A stretch of DNA of 63,967 nucleotides, counting the filler, from Intoshia linei (Eukaryota > Animalia > Orthonectida), in assembly GCA_001642005.1 (NCBI GenBank). It is 8 parts of 8 records of this genome, joined end to end, with 100 filler letters (N's around TTAATTAATTAA, not from the genome) between each part and the next. Parts side by side here need not be neighbours in the genome. Positions count along the whole stretch, not along the records: positions 10,486 to 37,544 come from LWCA01000448.1; positions 37,645 to 45,949 come from LWCA01001466.1; 6 more parts are not named here. One strand, 5' to 3'. Positions 27,301 to 40,088 of the stretch are shown piece after piece; the first letter of the stretch is position 1; each line of letters opens with the position of its first letter. Under the pieces are notes generated by a model. It worked only from the letters and a program-made list of their open reading frames with translations. It did not search any database and was not told the DNA's origin. A program made the position numbers and the translations under genes.

Positions 27301-30300
27301 AGCCATTGTCCATAGTTCAGGGATTTTCCAGATAAATGATTTGTTAACCAAAACATTTGTAGCCAATCCTTTAGCTGGTACAATACCCATAATTTTTTCA
27401 TCTTGACTATAACCAGAAAACTCCAAACCTAAAATTGGATCTCCCAATTGGAAATTACCTGGGATAGACTCTGGAGAAAGACGACCAGTTGCCAACATGA
27501 TATCTCTGAAATTCAACGAAGAGTATATAATGTCACATAATGTATATTTTTTTGAATCATTTTCCGTATATAAGGGAGATTGGATCCATCTCAAACTTGA
27601 TAAATCACCACGCATCAAAGTATTTACATAAGCATTTTCAGTAATTACATTTGTATCCATAATACTAGGACAATGAGCCATAAATCCTAATCTTCCATCT
27701 TGTAAAATGTTATAAGTCAAATCTCCATTCACACATTTAATAAATTTTTCGTTTTCAACTGAAAAGTCTCCACCAACATTCCAAAAACATCGAAATTTAT
27801 ACCCTAGAGATTCTCGTCGCAAACATTTCATTAATCCAATTATACCAGAATTTTTAAAATTACTAATTATCCAAATTCTGTTTTGGTTCAAGATTAAAGC
27901 ATTCTTGATTTTTTCGACCCAAGAAAATTCATCGTTGTTGATACGAATAATTTGTGATTCAGTTGGAATAGTTTTTTCTTTTGAGGCTCGTTTAAGATAT
28001 AGAGTTGCACTTCCGTTCCGTCCCACTCTGTGATAAGCCACGTCAAATTTATTTAAATGCAACATTTCCACATTGTCAATAACCAACAAAAACAGGTCTT
28101 GTTTTAATGGTCTTTTCGCAATTTTTTCCAAATTATCAGAATTTGAATTAATAATGATTAAACCAACATCATTTTCAACAAAATCAGAAATTTTTAAATT
28201 ATATTTTTGTACAAGTGATTCATCGAACACAAGACTAACGGTGTAATTTGAAGAAATGAGTGGTTGGGTATTTATCCAAAATTTAATAGGTTTAAACATT
28301 TTCATGTCAGTAAAATCGTGGACATTCAGAATATTTGGGTTTTTCATATTATCAAATATTAAATTTAACATTTCAAATACTATAATAGAATTTTCACAAT
28401 TTAATAAATTTTCGATATTATCATTCAGTACATTTGAAGAGTTGAATTCAACAAATTTATAAGTTTCAGTAATGGATTTTTCAGAATCAATCTTCCTGGG
28501 AGCTTTATTTACAGTTAACCCTTCAATGACTATACCACCACATTCACACACATTTTCATATTTTACCTTTTTATACTCAACAATTTGACCACATTCAAAG
28601 CTCTTGTGTAGTTTCGGATTAATAGTGAGTGATTTGATTGAAACAGGAATAAATAACGCGTTTGATTTTTGAGAAAATATTGACATTTGAAGCATATTAT
28701 CCATAAATGGTATCCACAAACCATCCCATTTGATATTTGCACTTAAACTATTTGTGGTACAATTTTGAATGAGACGAAATTCTTCATTGTAATCATAACC
28801 TCTCACACGTAAATACGTATATGCTTCATCATGAGTAAACGTGATAACGTCTTCCGAGAGTTCGTTGTTTATGGCTGATATCCACTCAGGATTTTTTTTT
28901 TCAATATAAGTATCACCCAGTTCACAAATCTCACCAGTTACAATAACACTACTTTTGTTTAATAAAATAAATTTATTGCTATCGGGTAAAAACGTAATTT
29001 CGAATGTGACAAGCCCATTGTCAGGTAATATGACAGCTCGTTTTATGTTTACATTAAAAATTTCTACACTAAGGTCTTCAATCGATTTTCCCTTGTCTTG
29101 AGCAAATGCTTTCCAAACTGTGTAAACATAACCTGTAGCCGGAAACAAACTTCTACCGTCAATAATATGATTCTTAATGTAAGCGTCACATTCTCCATCA
29201 CTAACATTATAGCTAATTTCTATTTTATTTCGAGATTTTCCATTCAAATAGTCAACTTCTAACGACGAGGCTACCACCCATTTCGTAGAGTGGTCCCATT
29301 TAATTAAAGGAGACATAATGTCTATATTATCCGTCATGGGGTATTCAATAGAATCAGAAAATAAAAGAGATGGATTAAATTGCAAGCCTGCTAAAAAGCA
29401 TTGCCCTAAAGAATTTAGTAAATAATCAATATTGGTGTTTTTTCGATTCATTAATCCAATTATTGTACAGGAATTGAGACTTCGTTTTAGAATAGATTGA
29501 AGTAAATTGTGAGCAGCCACTTCTATAACTAAAGAATTTTTAGGAATTTTCATTGTAGCTTCATGAAATCTAACTGGAGAAATGAGATTATTCACGTGAT
29601 AATCTGCAGAGCAAAAACGTTGTTCTTTAGTGTCATGATTAGATGTCGATATCCATTTTTCCGATATTGCTTTTGCATCTGGTATTAATTTTTTAAGATA
29701 TTTACGTAAAGCTGGAGCAGCCAGTTTCATATGGGGCGAATGAAATGCTATTGAAGAACTATTAACATTTCTAGCAAAAATATTTTTTTCGTCCAAATTT
29801 TTAACAAACATTTTCACATCTTCATCGTTCCCTGAAATGGTTACACTATCATCACAGTTATTACAAGCTGGATAAACATTTTCTGGACACATTTCATTAG
29901 TTTCTTTCCAAGATATTCCTATACAAGAATAAAATAAATTATTAAAATGTTATTCTACCTATTGCCGCCATTGCTCCTTTTGGTAAATTTGATCTTTCTA
30001 CCGCCATACCTCTGTAATAAGCTGCTAGAACAGTCTGTTGTGCTGTAAGCCCACCATCCGCATAACTGCACCCCAACTCTCCAACAGAATGACCAATCAT
30101 CATATTTGGCTTTACTCCTATGTGATCGAGTAAATCCACTAATGCAATCTAAACATATTATATATTTAATTGTACAACACGGAAACAAAAAAATTATTTA
30201 GCCAATAATAAAATTCATGAATAATCAAATTCATAAAATAGGGCTTAAAATTAAAGTTAAATGGCTTTCAACGTAGCATAACCGGGATTTGTCAAATTTC

Positions 30301-33300
30301 ATGATTTTCAGAAATTACTTAAAAAGGCCTCTTTTTTTGATGTATAATTTATTATGTTTATAAAATAAAAAATACCTAAATAAGGTTAGTTAATTATGTA
30401 TATACAGTAGAAGCCGCTTATAGCGATTCCATTGGGACAGATAATTTTTGATCACTACAAGCGGATTTTTGAACTTTATTTACTAGAAATACTCGATGGA
30501 AGTTATCCATATGAAACAAATACTTCATTACTTACAAATATACACATAAAAGTTGCTAAACATAAGTGTAACCATTTATTGAAATTAAAAATTCTAAGTC
30601 ACTTTATTGCGACACAAAAAGTAAAATAAATTTCATTGTAACATTAATTAATTGTATATAAAAAAATCTTATTAACATTATTATTATTAATTTCTAGCTT
30701 CTAAAATCGACCAGTATAAATCAGGTTTCTGCAACCTTTTGCATCTCGTACCCACTTTTTTATATCAAAAAATTATACGGGCCCGTTTTTTTAAATTTAC
30801 ACATGCTACATTTGAATTTTAACTGAAGAGAAACGATTCTAGTATATTCAACAAAATAATAACCAGGCGATCTGAAAATCTAGAATTGGCCACTGGTTGC
30901 CGAATCCTGGTTAATTTCATAAATTTTGATCAATATAAGCGGCTTCTACAGTATTAGCTAGGTGGTGCATTTACATTTAGTGTCCTATAACTTTATTCTT
31001 AATTAGGTATACTACAATGTGTCAAAGAGTGTGCGCCCTGCATTTTTAAGATATGTCACCGAAATATGAAAAATATGTGACTTATTTAGCACTGGAAACC
31101 AGTGAAAATATTTCTATAATCAACTTGTCGTGTACAACAAGCCAAAACAGTATTAGTAATACTATTATACTATTTGAAGGGTTGTTTTACTTTGCAATTA
31201 ATCGAAGTAGCTCATTTGTATCATAAATATGCAATGGCACTTATAAAACCAAAAAGATCCATAAAAACAGATATATCTATGACTCCAATACCGCGATAAA
31301 TAAATGTAAATAATACACTCATCAAATAAAAGAATCAAAACTTGCCTCACACACTTCGAGAAAGGTTAACAGTCAATACCAAAAACTATAAAAAAACGAA
31401 ATTGTTGAATAAAATCGTATATCAGTTGAAATAACTTATATTAAATTAGACTAAGTTTGTTGAAACCGTATTCGACAATCATAAGATGATAAGGTATGTA
31501 AAGTTGATAAAATTAATTTTTTTGAAAATGTGGTAATAGTTACCTAGAATTAAAGGGTGATATATTGATGTTTAATGCATTTACTGTAATTAGAGTAGAT
31601 TCTACTAAAGGACTCATAAGGATTGGTCAATATATTGATTTACAAAAATTTAAATCGTAAGCAAATTATCACTTTGATAAAGATGGACATTATCAAAATA
31701 AAGTTTTAATTATTTTACAAAATATTCTAATACAAAATGTTTTATTCTATTTTAACACTATGCGTGTGGTAACAGTTGAAATTTGTTAGAATTTCTATAT
31801 CTTTCAACTACTACATATGAAGTATACAATGTGTTAGTGTTAACAGAAATCGTTTCGTTAAATCAAATATTATTTACTCAAGTTATATGTACACTGAATA
31901 CTCAGAAATTTCACATTTACATAAATTTTACATGAATATGAAATGCTTTGTATTTACCAAACTGAATTAAATAAACAGAATTTATCATTAATATCAGATA
32001 TTTTAATTTACACATAATTAAAATTGTAAATTAATTTTGTAAATCATTAAAACAGTGAAGAATAATAAACAAATCACATACAATATTTTTCTAATCTATT
32101 AACTAATTTTTAATTTGAAATTGTAGTTGAAAAATCTAATAAATCATCGATTTACATGTATGTATGATAGTTTTTTTATCATTCGTCAAAATTAACAAAT
32201 ATATTAGTACAGTAGTAATTTACCTGAATAGAAGCAATCATAACAAAAACTTTCACAATACTTTCATAAATGGCAGCATTTGTTTCATTAAGTAAATCAA
32301 AAATATCGATATTAAAAGGTGTCAAATAAGTGTTAATTCTGATTAGACTATTACGAAACACTTTAATATGCATCATGCTTAATCCCATTCCAATCCATTG
32401 ACATCCCATACCAGAAAAAATATAAACTACATAAGGTTTGTCAAATAAACGAGGTGCAATGATAGGCTCTTCACATTTCAAATCAGACAATCCACCTTCG
32501 GCTAGTACATACCCGCGAAAATCATGTTCACTGTAAATGGTATTTTCCAGAAATTGTAAATTTTTGATGTTGCACGAAATCTTTGAAATGTCATTTAATG
32601 TTTCTTTCAAAGTATTTTCATTTCGACCCGAATAAATAATAAGTTTTTTATCGAGAACGCTACCAATATTTTCACTTTTTGGGTATTTTAATAAAGCATG
32701 AACATTTGCTCCTCCAAAGCCAAAAGAATTGATTCCTACATAGTTATCTTTCCCGGTGACTGGCCAATTAATGCATTTACCTGTAACCACGTGTAACCCG
32801 TTTCCTAAAGCTGGAATATCTGGATTGGGTGAATTATAATGTAAATTAGGGCTAATTTTTTTATATCGCATACATATCAAAACACGAATCAATGCAACTA
32901 ATCCAGAAGCAGGTTCAGAATGACCACAATTTGATTTCACTGACGTAAGGTATAATGGACCAGAGCGGTTGCTTTGGTGGTCCTTGGATAAAAATACACT
33001 AGCTATTGAATTTACTTCTTCAGGGTCCCCTACTTTAGTTCCAGTTCCGTGAGCTTCTATCCATCCGACTTTCGAAGGATCCAAATCAATATGGTTATAT
33101 ATTTCTTTGAATAGTTTCGCCTGCATGTTCCCAGAAGGGTAAGTTACTCCTTGCTCTTTAAAGCCGTCAGTATTGTGTTTAGAATACACCAAATCAGCAT
33201 ATATTCGTCTCGCGTTTGTAGATTTTTGCAAAATTATAACACCGAGTGCATCGCTCCTGACATAGCCATCACCTAAATTAACAAATATAATAATAAATAA

Positions 33301-34116
33301 AGGTTATTACATTCAGAATCGAATGAGTGACATTTTCCAGTTTTACTCAACATTCCAAGTTTGTTAAATTGAGCAAAACTACTCGGTCTAATCAAAATCC
33401 CTGAAGCACCGACTATTGCAGCATCACATAACCCAATTTCTACGAATAATGAAATGTCAACTAGGGAAAATACCTATAGCTGTTCGAGCATTATCCAGAG
33501 CTACCATACCAGACGAACACGCTGTATCGACAGTATAACTAGGTCCTAATCAAAATAAAAAAACTTTAAATAAAAATTACCATTCAAATCATAAAAATAC
33601 GAAATTCTATTGGCAAACATAGACCTTGTACAACCAGTCATTTCATAACCACAAATATCTTTCATTTTATCACAAAAATAATCGTGGGTTTCAGATGTGC
33701 TAGCACCAATAAAAACACCTTAAAATAAATATAAAATAATTGTAAATTAAAACCTGTGCGTGTGCCTTTAAAATTTTCAATACTAAAACCTACAAATCAA
33801 TTAAACAATTACATAAAAACAAACCAGAATCAACTATCGCTTCATATGTAAGCTCCATAAGTATTCTTAACTGGGGGTCCATAACATTGACTTGTTTCGC
33901 ATGAATTCCAAAAAAAATTGAATCGAATTTGGATAAATCTTTAATAGCACCATACCTGGTTGGTATGTTGTACGCACCACTCGGCCACCGATCGTTGTGC
34001 TCTCTAACCATATCAACCGAATTAAACAAATTACTAGCAAACTCAGAAATGTTTTCAGATTCTGGAAACTTTCCAGACATGCCGGTAATCACAATTTCAT
34101 ATTTTTCTTCTTTCAT
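24396..34116 (-). CDS. FASN: Type I fatty acid synthase, ~2435 aa, 11 exons: 34116-33825, 33789-33754, 33718-33581, 33545-33474, 33439-33311, 33272-32224, 30148-29959, 29918-25144, 25108-24848, 24799-24539, 24500-24396
   Basis: KS: DTACSS, HGTGT, KSNCGH, NSFGFGG. MAT: GHSVG, AFHS. DH: [12 protein letters not shown]: [12 protein letters not shown]: GGLGGIG, GQCNY. ACP: LGLDSLM. TE: GYSYG, DGSH, GDH. Exon lengths sum to 7308 nt, in frame. Confidence 0.97.
30405..30951. mobile_element. pogo/Tigger-type MITE in FASN intron 6, with a nested hAT-type MITE at 30722-30909
   Basis: Outer element TA|CAGTAGAAGCCGCTTATA...TATAAGCGGCTTCTACAG|TA; inner element CAGGTTTCTGCAACC...GGTTGCCGAATCCTG. Confidence 0.8.
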
Positions 34117-35168
34117 ATCAACCTTGTTTTTGATTTGTTAATCTAAAATTTTATTTAAATATCCAAGGGTGTAAATTGAAAAGTGATTATTGAAAAATTG
34201 CGTGACAATAAATATTCTCAGACTAAAGTAAAGTTCGATACTATAATTTGAACTTTAGATATTGTAGTTTTTGTAATTTAGTATTATGTTACCATCATTG
34301 TGTGTACTTAATTTCTTCACATGATAATACGTTGAGGTATTTAAATTTCTATCTCGTAAACCACACAAAGTTCCTCGGGAATATTATCGTGGGCAATGCC
34401 CCTGGACATATTACATGTTGATAATTATTTACATTATGGAACAGCACTGTCTTTGTTAATTTATTGACAAAATTTATGTTTACTCAGCATTTCATTTTTT
34501 GTATTACCTTACGAGACAATAACACGTATATATACAAAAAATACACAAATATAATATGTAACAATCGTAAATTTACAATTGTTTGTATATGTCGTATAGA
34601 ATGTTTAAAACTGAAATGTACACATTCTATGAGTTAGTCGTAGAATGTGTAAAATTTTCATTTATTTTAGTTTAATTTTGGGTTTTAGTAATTTTTCTGA
34701 ACCAAACTTTAAGGGGGGTTTTTAGAAAATTTAAAAAAATTTTAAGGCTTTAAAAATATTGCTTAAATTGCATATTTTTAAAAATCATTTTTCTTGCTAC
34801 ATACAGACTATAATGAGGCTTACTGTTTTAGAACAATTTTATAGCTCATAGAAAACGAAGAGTATTGTATTTTAATGGTGACATTTTCAATTATTCACTT
34901 GGAATAATGTTTCGAAATTATTTTATAAAATAGTTTGGCTTTACAGGGGTGCTGGAAATAGTTGATTTGACTAACGAGGTGCTAAATTTAAAAAATGTCT
35001 AAAAATTAAAAAACGCTAGTTTAAACAGTGAAACGTGCATTGGAACAGAACATTTTAAAGAATTACAATTTGATGCTTCTATTAATTAATCAAAAAACAA
35101 TATTTAATTAAAGAAAATCTCCAGTAAAGCAACTAACCAATGTAAATTAAAGTATTTATTTTCATTAT

Positions 35169-36509
35169 TTACATACCAAATTTTTTTTTAACGTTAGCAA
35201 ATTGATCGGAAAATTCTCCAAATTGATCATTGAAATTACTGCTGTGGTCGCGTTTTTTTCCTTTCACGTTTTTTATGTTAAATCTAGCAAATATAGTAGT
35301 ATTTGGTATCCATTCTTTAACTTTACGAGTGAGAGCCCCATAATTTTTATTTGCCGCTTCGTATTTAAAGGTGTCAGTGATAGAAGAGGTACCAATAGCT
35401 TCGCTAGGTTTGACAAAAATGCGTTTATTTGATATTTTGTAATCTCCTTTATACAAGGGAGTTTGATCATCGTCATTAAAAGTATTTGTTTGATTAGGAG
35501 TTACTTTTTTTAGAATAGATTGTGGTAAAGATTGTATATCTTGTCGATTACTTAGGGAACTGTATGATTGGATCAAATCATCTGTTTCTGGATTATAGCA
35601 TAAATTAATTCCTTTGGGTATTTCAGGTAAAGGGTATAAACTTTGAAAATATAAGTTACGTTCAGCTTCAAAGGAAGCGGTTTCAATTAATACAAATGAT
35701 CCATCTTTGTCAATATTTTTTTCAGAAGAGCCTTGATTGCTAAAAGTGTAAGAGTCGAGTGGTTGAGTTTTATAAATATCTTCGTCATCTTCTTCGTCTT
35801 CAAGTGCTCCAATTCCAAATGCTTCTCCTGTAATACCTCTGCGATTGTTGCCAAACACTGAAGATTTTTCGGATTTACCAATAGAAACATCATTAAAATC
35901 GTTGATTTTTGACATACCAGAAAGTCCCGTATAGTCAATACCCATGAAATTGCTCTTGTGAGTCAGATTTTGAATAAAGAATAAATCATCAGAAACTACG
36001 TCTTTTTTAATTTGTGGTGGTAGAGAACAACTATATATTTTTTCGTTTTTGCCAGAGGGGTCATTCACAGAGTCTTCCTCGGAAGTTTGAATAAAACGTA
36101 AAAATCTTTCTCCAATTGTAACTTCTCTAACAGTTAACAAACTTGACAATACGGGGTCAAAAACATTTGATCCTAATTTGGTGGAAGGGTGTTTCAAATT
36201 CGTATACTTTCCTTGAGTAGATAAGGCAATGGCTCCAGATTCTCTATAATCGTCATCATCCATATAATGTTGTGGAGCAACACTTACAAAATCTTTAAAA
36301 CGATCAGATCGACTAGATTTAAACGATCCTGGCGCCCAACCTTCTTTTGTTCCAACAGTATTAAAATGTCCTGCTGAAAATCCACCCGTAAAGGCTCCAT
36401 GAAATCGTTGTCTTCCTTTATTATCTGTAACAATAGTTTTTTTTCTTTCAATTTTCCTGCGATCTTGCTCAGTCTCGTTTGGAGGCAATGGAGTTCCATA
36501 AAATGTCAT
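35169..36509 (-). CDS. GPATCH1: G-patch domain-containing protein 1 (spliceosomal; TGH/DUF1604 family), compacted; a short extra 3' exon is possible
   Basis: MTFYGTPLP...VTDNKGRQRFHGAFTGGFSAGHFNTVGTKEGWAP, YMDDDD, GITGEAFGIGALEDE and YGALTRKVKEWIP...RFNI. Confidence 0.93.
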   Translation of the reverse strand: MTFYGTPLPPNETEQDRRKIERKKTIVTDNKGRQRFHGAFTGGFSAGHFNTVGTKEGWAPGSFKSSRSDRFKDFVSVAPQHYMDDDDYRESGAIALSTQGKYTNLKHPSTKLGSNVFDPVLSSLLTVREVTIGERFLRFIQTSEEDSVNDPSGKNEKIYSCSLPPQIKKDVVSDDLFFIQNLTHKSNFMGIDYTGLSGMSKINDFNDVSIGKSEKSSVFGNNRRGITGEAFGIGALEDEEDDEDIYKTQPLDSYTFSNQGSSEKNIDKDGSFVLIETASFEAERNLYFQSLYPLPEIPKGINLCYNPETDDLIQSYSSLSNRQDIQSLPQSILKKVTPNQTNTFNDDDQTPLYKGDYKISNKRIFVKPSEAIGTSSITDTFKYEAANKNYGALTRKVKEWIPNTTIFARFNIKNVKGKKRDHSSNFNDQFGEFSDQFANVKKKFGM

Positions 36510-36569
36510 TTTCACTATTATTTCAATTTAGTTTTATTACCATAGACATATATAAAAGTTTAGTTTATT

Positions 36570-36938
36570 TTGGCATATTTATTATATTTGCGAAAATTGC
36601 TATTTTACGGTACTATGTTTAACAATAAATGCGAATGTGAAAATAATTGTTTTCTTGATTTCTACAATTTAATTGGACAATTTTTTGAACATTTAAAGTG
36701 CCTAATCTCTGAAGACCTTAATAATGTACAATTAATACCCGTATCTCAGAATAATACTAAAAAATTTAATGTTTTACAAGAAAAACGTATACTTGGAGCC
36801 ACTTTTCGACTTCACCAATTGTCTCTAAATTATGATATTTTTAATGAGCATATATTGGATAAAGTTGTCAACAAAACGTCATTGGCTATGTTTGCTGAGA
36901 GTAATTTTATAATGTTTATCAACCCTGCAATGTTGTAA
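36570..36938 (+). CDS. Small ORF of unknown function between GPATCH1 and HYDIN
   Basis: Open for ~120 codons in very AT-rich DNA, with protein-like composition; no recognisable motif. Confidence 0.3.
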   Translation: MAYLLYLRKLLFYGTMFNNKCECENNCFLDFYNLIGQFFEHLKCLISEDLNNVQLIPVSQNNTKKFNVLQEKRILGATFRLHQLSLNYDIFNEHILDKVVNKTSLAMFAESNFIMFINPAML

Positions 36939-37294
36939 TTTTTACGTAAAAACCTAAAATAACGCTAATAATATTTTTTAAAGTAAAATCGTATATCAAA
37001 AGTATATGTATTTACATTATTTTTATTAATTTTAATTAAACGCTAAAATACTGCTATTGTGCCATTTTAATCTTACGATTTATCCGTGTCCGTTCACAAT
37101 ATCGTAAATCACATGATCGAAAATCAAAAGATCGTATTTATTTTGTTCAAGTTTAAATTAAATAATTCATTTACTATTTCATTTAATTTAGACTACAGAC
37201 CCAAGTTAAAACTGAAATATTAAGATACTACCTACATTATGTATATATACCTATATATGCAATTTACTCAATACATAATCAATTTATCTTAAAA

Positions 37295-37544
37295 ATGGAA
37301 AATTCTGTTGGGGAGATGGGAAATTATACCATAAAGAAACTGTTGGACATGCGAAATACTTCATTTCAACCACAATGCGTTCTAGACATTGACAAACCAA
37401 TATTTGAACCAATACCTAAGAAAGTTTTGTTCATAAATTTTAATGAGGGCGAACCACAACGTCAAATGATTAAATTTAGAAATTTAGATAAGATACCTCG
37501 GTTGATTAATGTTAGAATGAGTGATTCTCAATATTTTAAAATAA
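37295..37544 (+). CDS. HYDIN: Hydin (axonemal central pair protein), N-terminus, cut off by the gap
   Basis: IKKLLDMRNTSFQ..LDIDKPIFEPIPKKVLFINF...FRNLDKIPRLINV..SDSQYFKI matches the remembered HYDIN N-terminus (ELLDM..T...LDQALFQPFPSEIIFQNY...LRNNDKIPRLVKV...SPYFKV). Confidence 0.85.
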
Positions 37545-38359
37545 NNNNNNNNNNNNNNNNNNNNNNNNNNNNNNNNNNNNNNNNNNNNTTAATTAATTAA
37601 NNNNNNNNNNNNNNNNNNNNNNNNNNNNNNNNNNNNNNNNNNNNAATTGTTGGTCGAAGGTTAACATTCTGGACCTTTTATCTTTTACAAATTTTATTAA
37701 TTTTTCAATTTTTTTAGTTTCGTCCATCTTTAAAATCAAAGATATAATTATCGCAGTAAATCTCAACCTACACACATATTTTCATTTGCGATGCCCATAT
37801 AAGCTAAAATGTCAAAGTATTACATATATGGCTTTCTAAATTTTAAATATAAAGTGCATTAATTTTTCATATTACTCAACTGTGTCGCGGACTGTAAATA
37901 ATAAACTAATGTTCACGTTTCAATAATAATAAAAAAAATGCATTTTAAAATTTTGCCTTAGAAAATTTCAATTAAAATGAATTTTTTTGCATATTCGTAA
38001 TCAGCATATAAAAATACACCTGTATGCAAATATACTTTTTGATTTTTAAAATAGTGCACACCCTATTGTACAACGTAAATTTAAACATGTTTACTGTCAT
38101 GAAAATATTGAAAATACCATGCATTATTTATAATCCTATAACAAACAATGACAATTTAAAATGATGTGATCACGTGAAGACGTCATGTGTACTCAAATTT
38201 AATTAATTCAGTACATTTTATAAGTGCAAATTGTGTAATAATTGTCTTAATAATTGTTATATTGGGGGTGAATAGAACAAAAATAAATGTTGCAGGGGGT
38301 GAATGCTCAAAAAAGTTTGTGAAGCATTGATATAGGCTAATGATTTCGTCAAAAAGAAT

Positions 38360-38903
38360 TCTAACTGTTAATCAGTCAATTGGACCTGAAGTGCTTTGGT
38401 TATGCTGTTACATTATTATTCCAAATGGACATTTAATTTTGGTAATTCATCATTTTCTCTAGCATTTAACATATTATCTATTAATGGAGTGTCATCAAAA
38501 TATACTAATTATTTTTTTACTTGAAAATACCGACGAACCATTTCCGCTGTACTACTCCACCGAGTCTTGCAGCTTTGGACTGGGCGTAAATCTGTGAATT
38601 GGCGCAGTTTAGCAGCTAATAATATCGTTTTTAACTTTCTTATTAAATTATTGACTTTATTCAAAACAATCTCATTCTTTAAGAAATATTTATTTACACT
38701 CAAGTTAAATTTATGAGAAGCGAACTTACAAGAGGTTTATGACATTTATCACTAAGTGATTTGTTTGCGGCACAATTATCATCAATTAAACAAACAACAT
38801 TATCAAAACTTTTATTATAAAGTTTTAAAACCCATAAAATAAAATTGAAATGAGTTTCTACACCATAATTCATTTTTTTTTTTCCATTGGTGAAAAAACC
38901 CAA
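38360..38903 (-). pseudogene. hAT transposase fragment (frameshifted)
   Basis: VVCLIDDNCAANK, a degenerate C..H.FNL motif, and LRPVQSCKTRWSSTAEMVRRY. Confidence 0.85.
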
Positions 38904-39129
38904 TAAATTTTAAGCCGAAAATTTTTATTATTCATCATAGATAAGTAGTTTTGGCTTTACATTTAACACCAAATAATCTAAAATTGATACTACGTATTTT
39001 TTCTGGCCACTTTCATTTAAGTTTTAATACATTTGACAATTAATTGTCATATTCAAATAAGTTAATTGGGTTATATATATTTTAACAATTAATTAATTGA
39101 AGAAAAAATTTACAATTAATTTTTTCTGA

Positions 39130-39870
39130 TCCCTGGTTTGGTGAAACCGTTCTCATTTCTTGTCTGAGAAAGCACCGCAATTTCGTGGGACAATTAGCGT
39201 GGACTTTAATACTGTAAAGGCAATTCATTTCATCAAAAATAATGATAACTTATTCCAATATAATTTTCCAATATTCGCTCCGATAATTTCTTAAAAAAAT
39301 AAGAATTACATTCAAAAATTGGAATAAATTTATATTTACATAAAAACTCTTCTACGACATTTTCAAAACATTCAAATACATAAAGTTGATCAATGATCAG
39401 CTGTGAGGGCCATTTAATATTCCTTTTATTAATTTTGAGTCTGAAATTTAGGGGAATATTTTTTTCACAATAGAGATTGGTTTTTCTGTCATTGTTAATT
39501 TAGATAAAACAGATTTTGTGCAATCGAGTTAAACAAAAACTGTTTAACCAAGCCTAATTTTATATAAAGTGGTGTAAAATTAATTTAGATTCGGATAGTA
39601 AAGGTGGTTTTTTAAAATTAAACTGATCAATAATACTAATGTCTGATTTCTCAGGCCATTTTATTTTTATCTAATGATAACTCCTATCACTAGCAACAAA
39701 GAGACAGAATGGGCATGGATATTTTACAGCACCTATTTGTGTCCCGCTGACAATAGATATCAGTTTGAAATCACAGTAAATTTTCCATAAATTTTCGTAG
39801 GTTTCCTTTAATTCTGTAGAATAAAACATGACAATTGTTTGAAACTTGGTCTGAGAATCAATATCAATTC
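39130..39870 (-). pseudogene. Chapaev/CMC-like transposase remnant
   Basis: CDFKLISIVSGTQIGAVKYPCPFCLF at ~39700-39775 and PRNCGAFSDKK*ERFHQ at ~39138-39190. These fit the D.K...L.G.Q.G..K..C..C and SDE.GERFHQ motifs. Confidence 0.65.
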
Positions 39871-40088
39871 TGTATTCATAACATTTATGTGAGATATTAG
39901 CCCAGTGATGTCATGACTCATGACAGAAAACTACATTTTCTTCTTTTCCATAAAATGTAAAGAATTCAGAATGTCTTATTCTCTGATTTGTGGAATTAAC
40001 TCCATCAATCGTCATCTGCCTTATTTTTAACTGTTTAGTTGAATATTCCTTTAAATAGAACTTTCCTTACTTAGTCGCATAACACAAA

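Noticed and set aside
25319-28462. Plus-strand ORFs (up to 209 aa) overlapping FASN; likewise antisense ORFs within COPG, GPATCH1 and the coiled-coil gene
   Set aside because: Antisense shadows of real coding sequence with no motifs.
24396-36509. FASN neighbourhood as a polyketide biosynthetic gene cluster
   Set aside because: Domain order and motifs are those of animal FAS, and the neighbours (SNX27, GPATCH1, HYDIN) are unrelated housekeeping genes.
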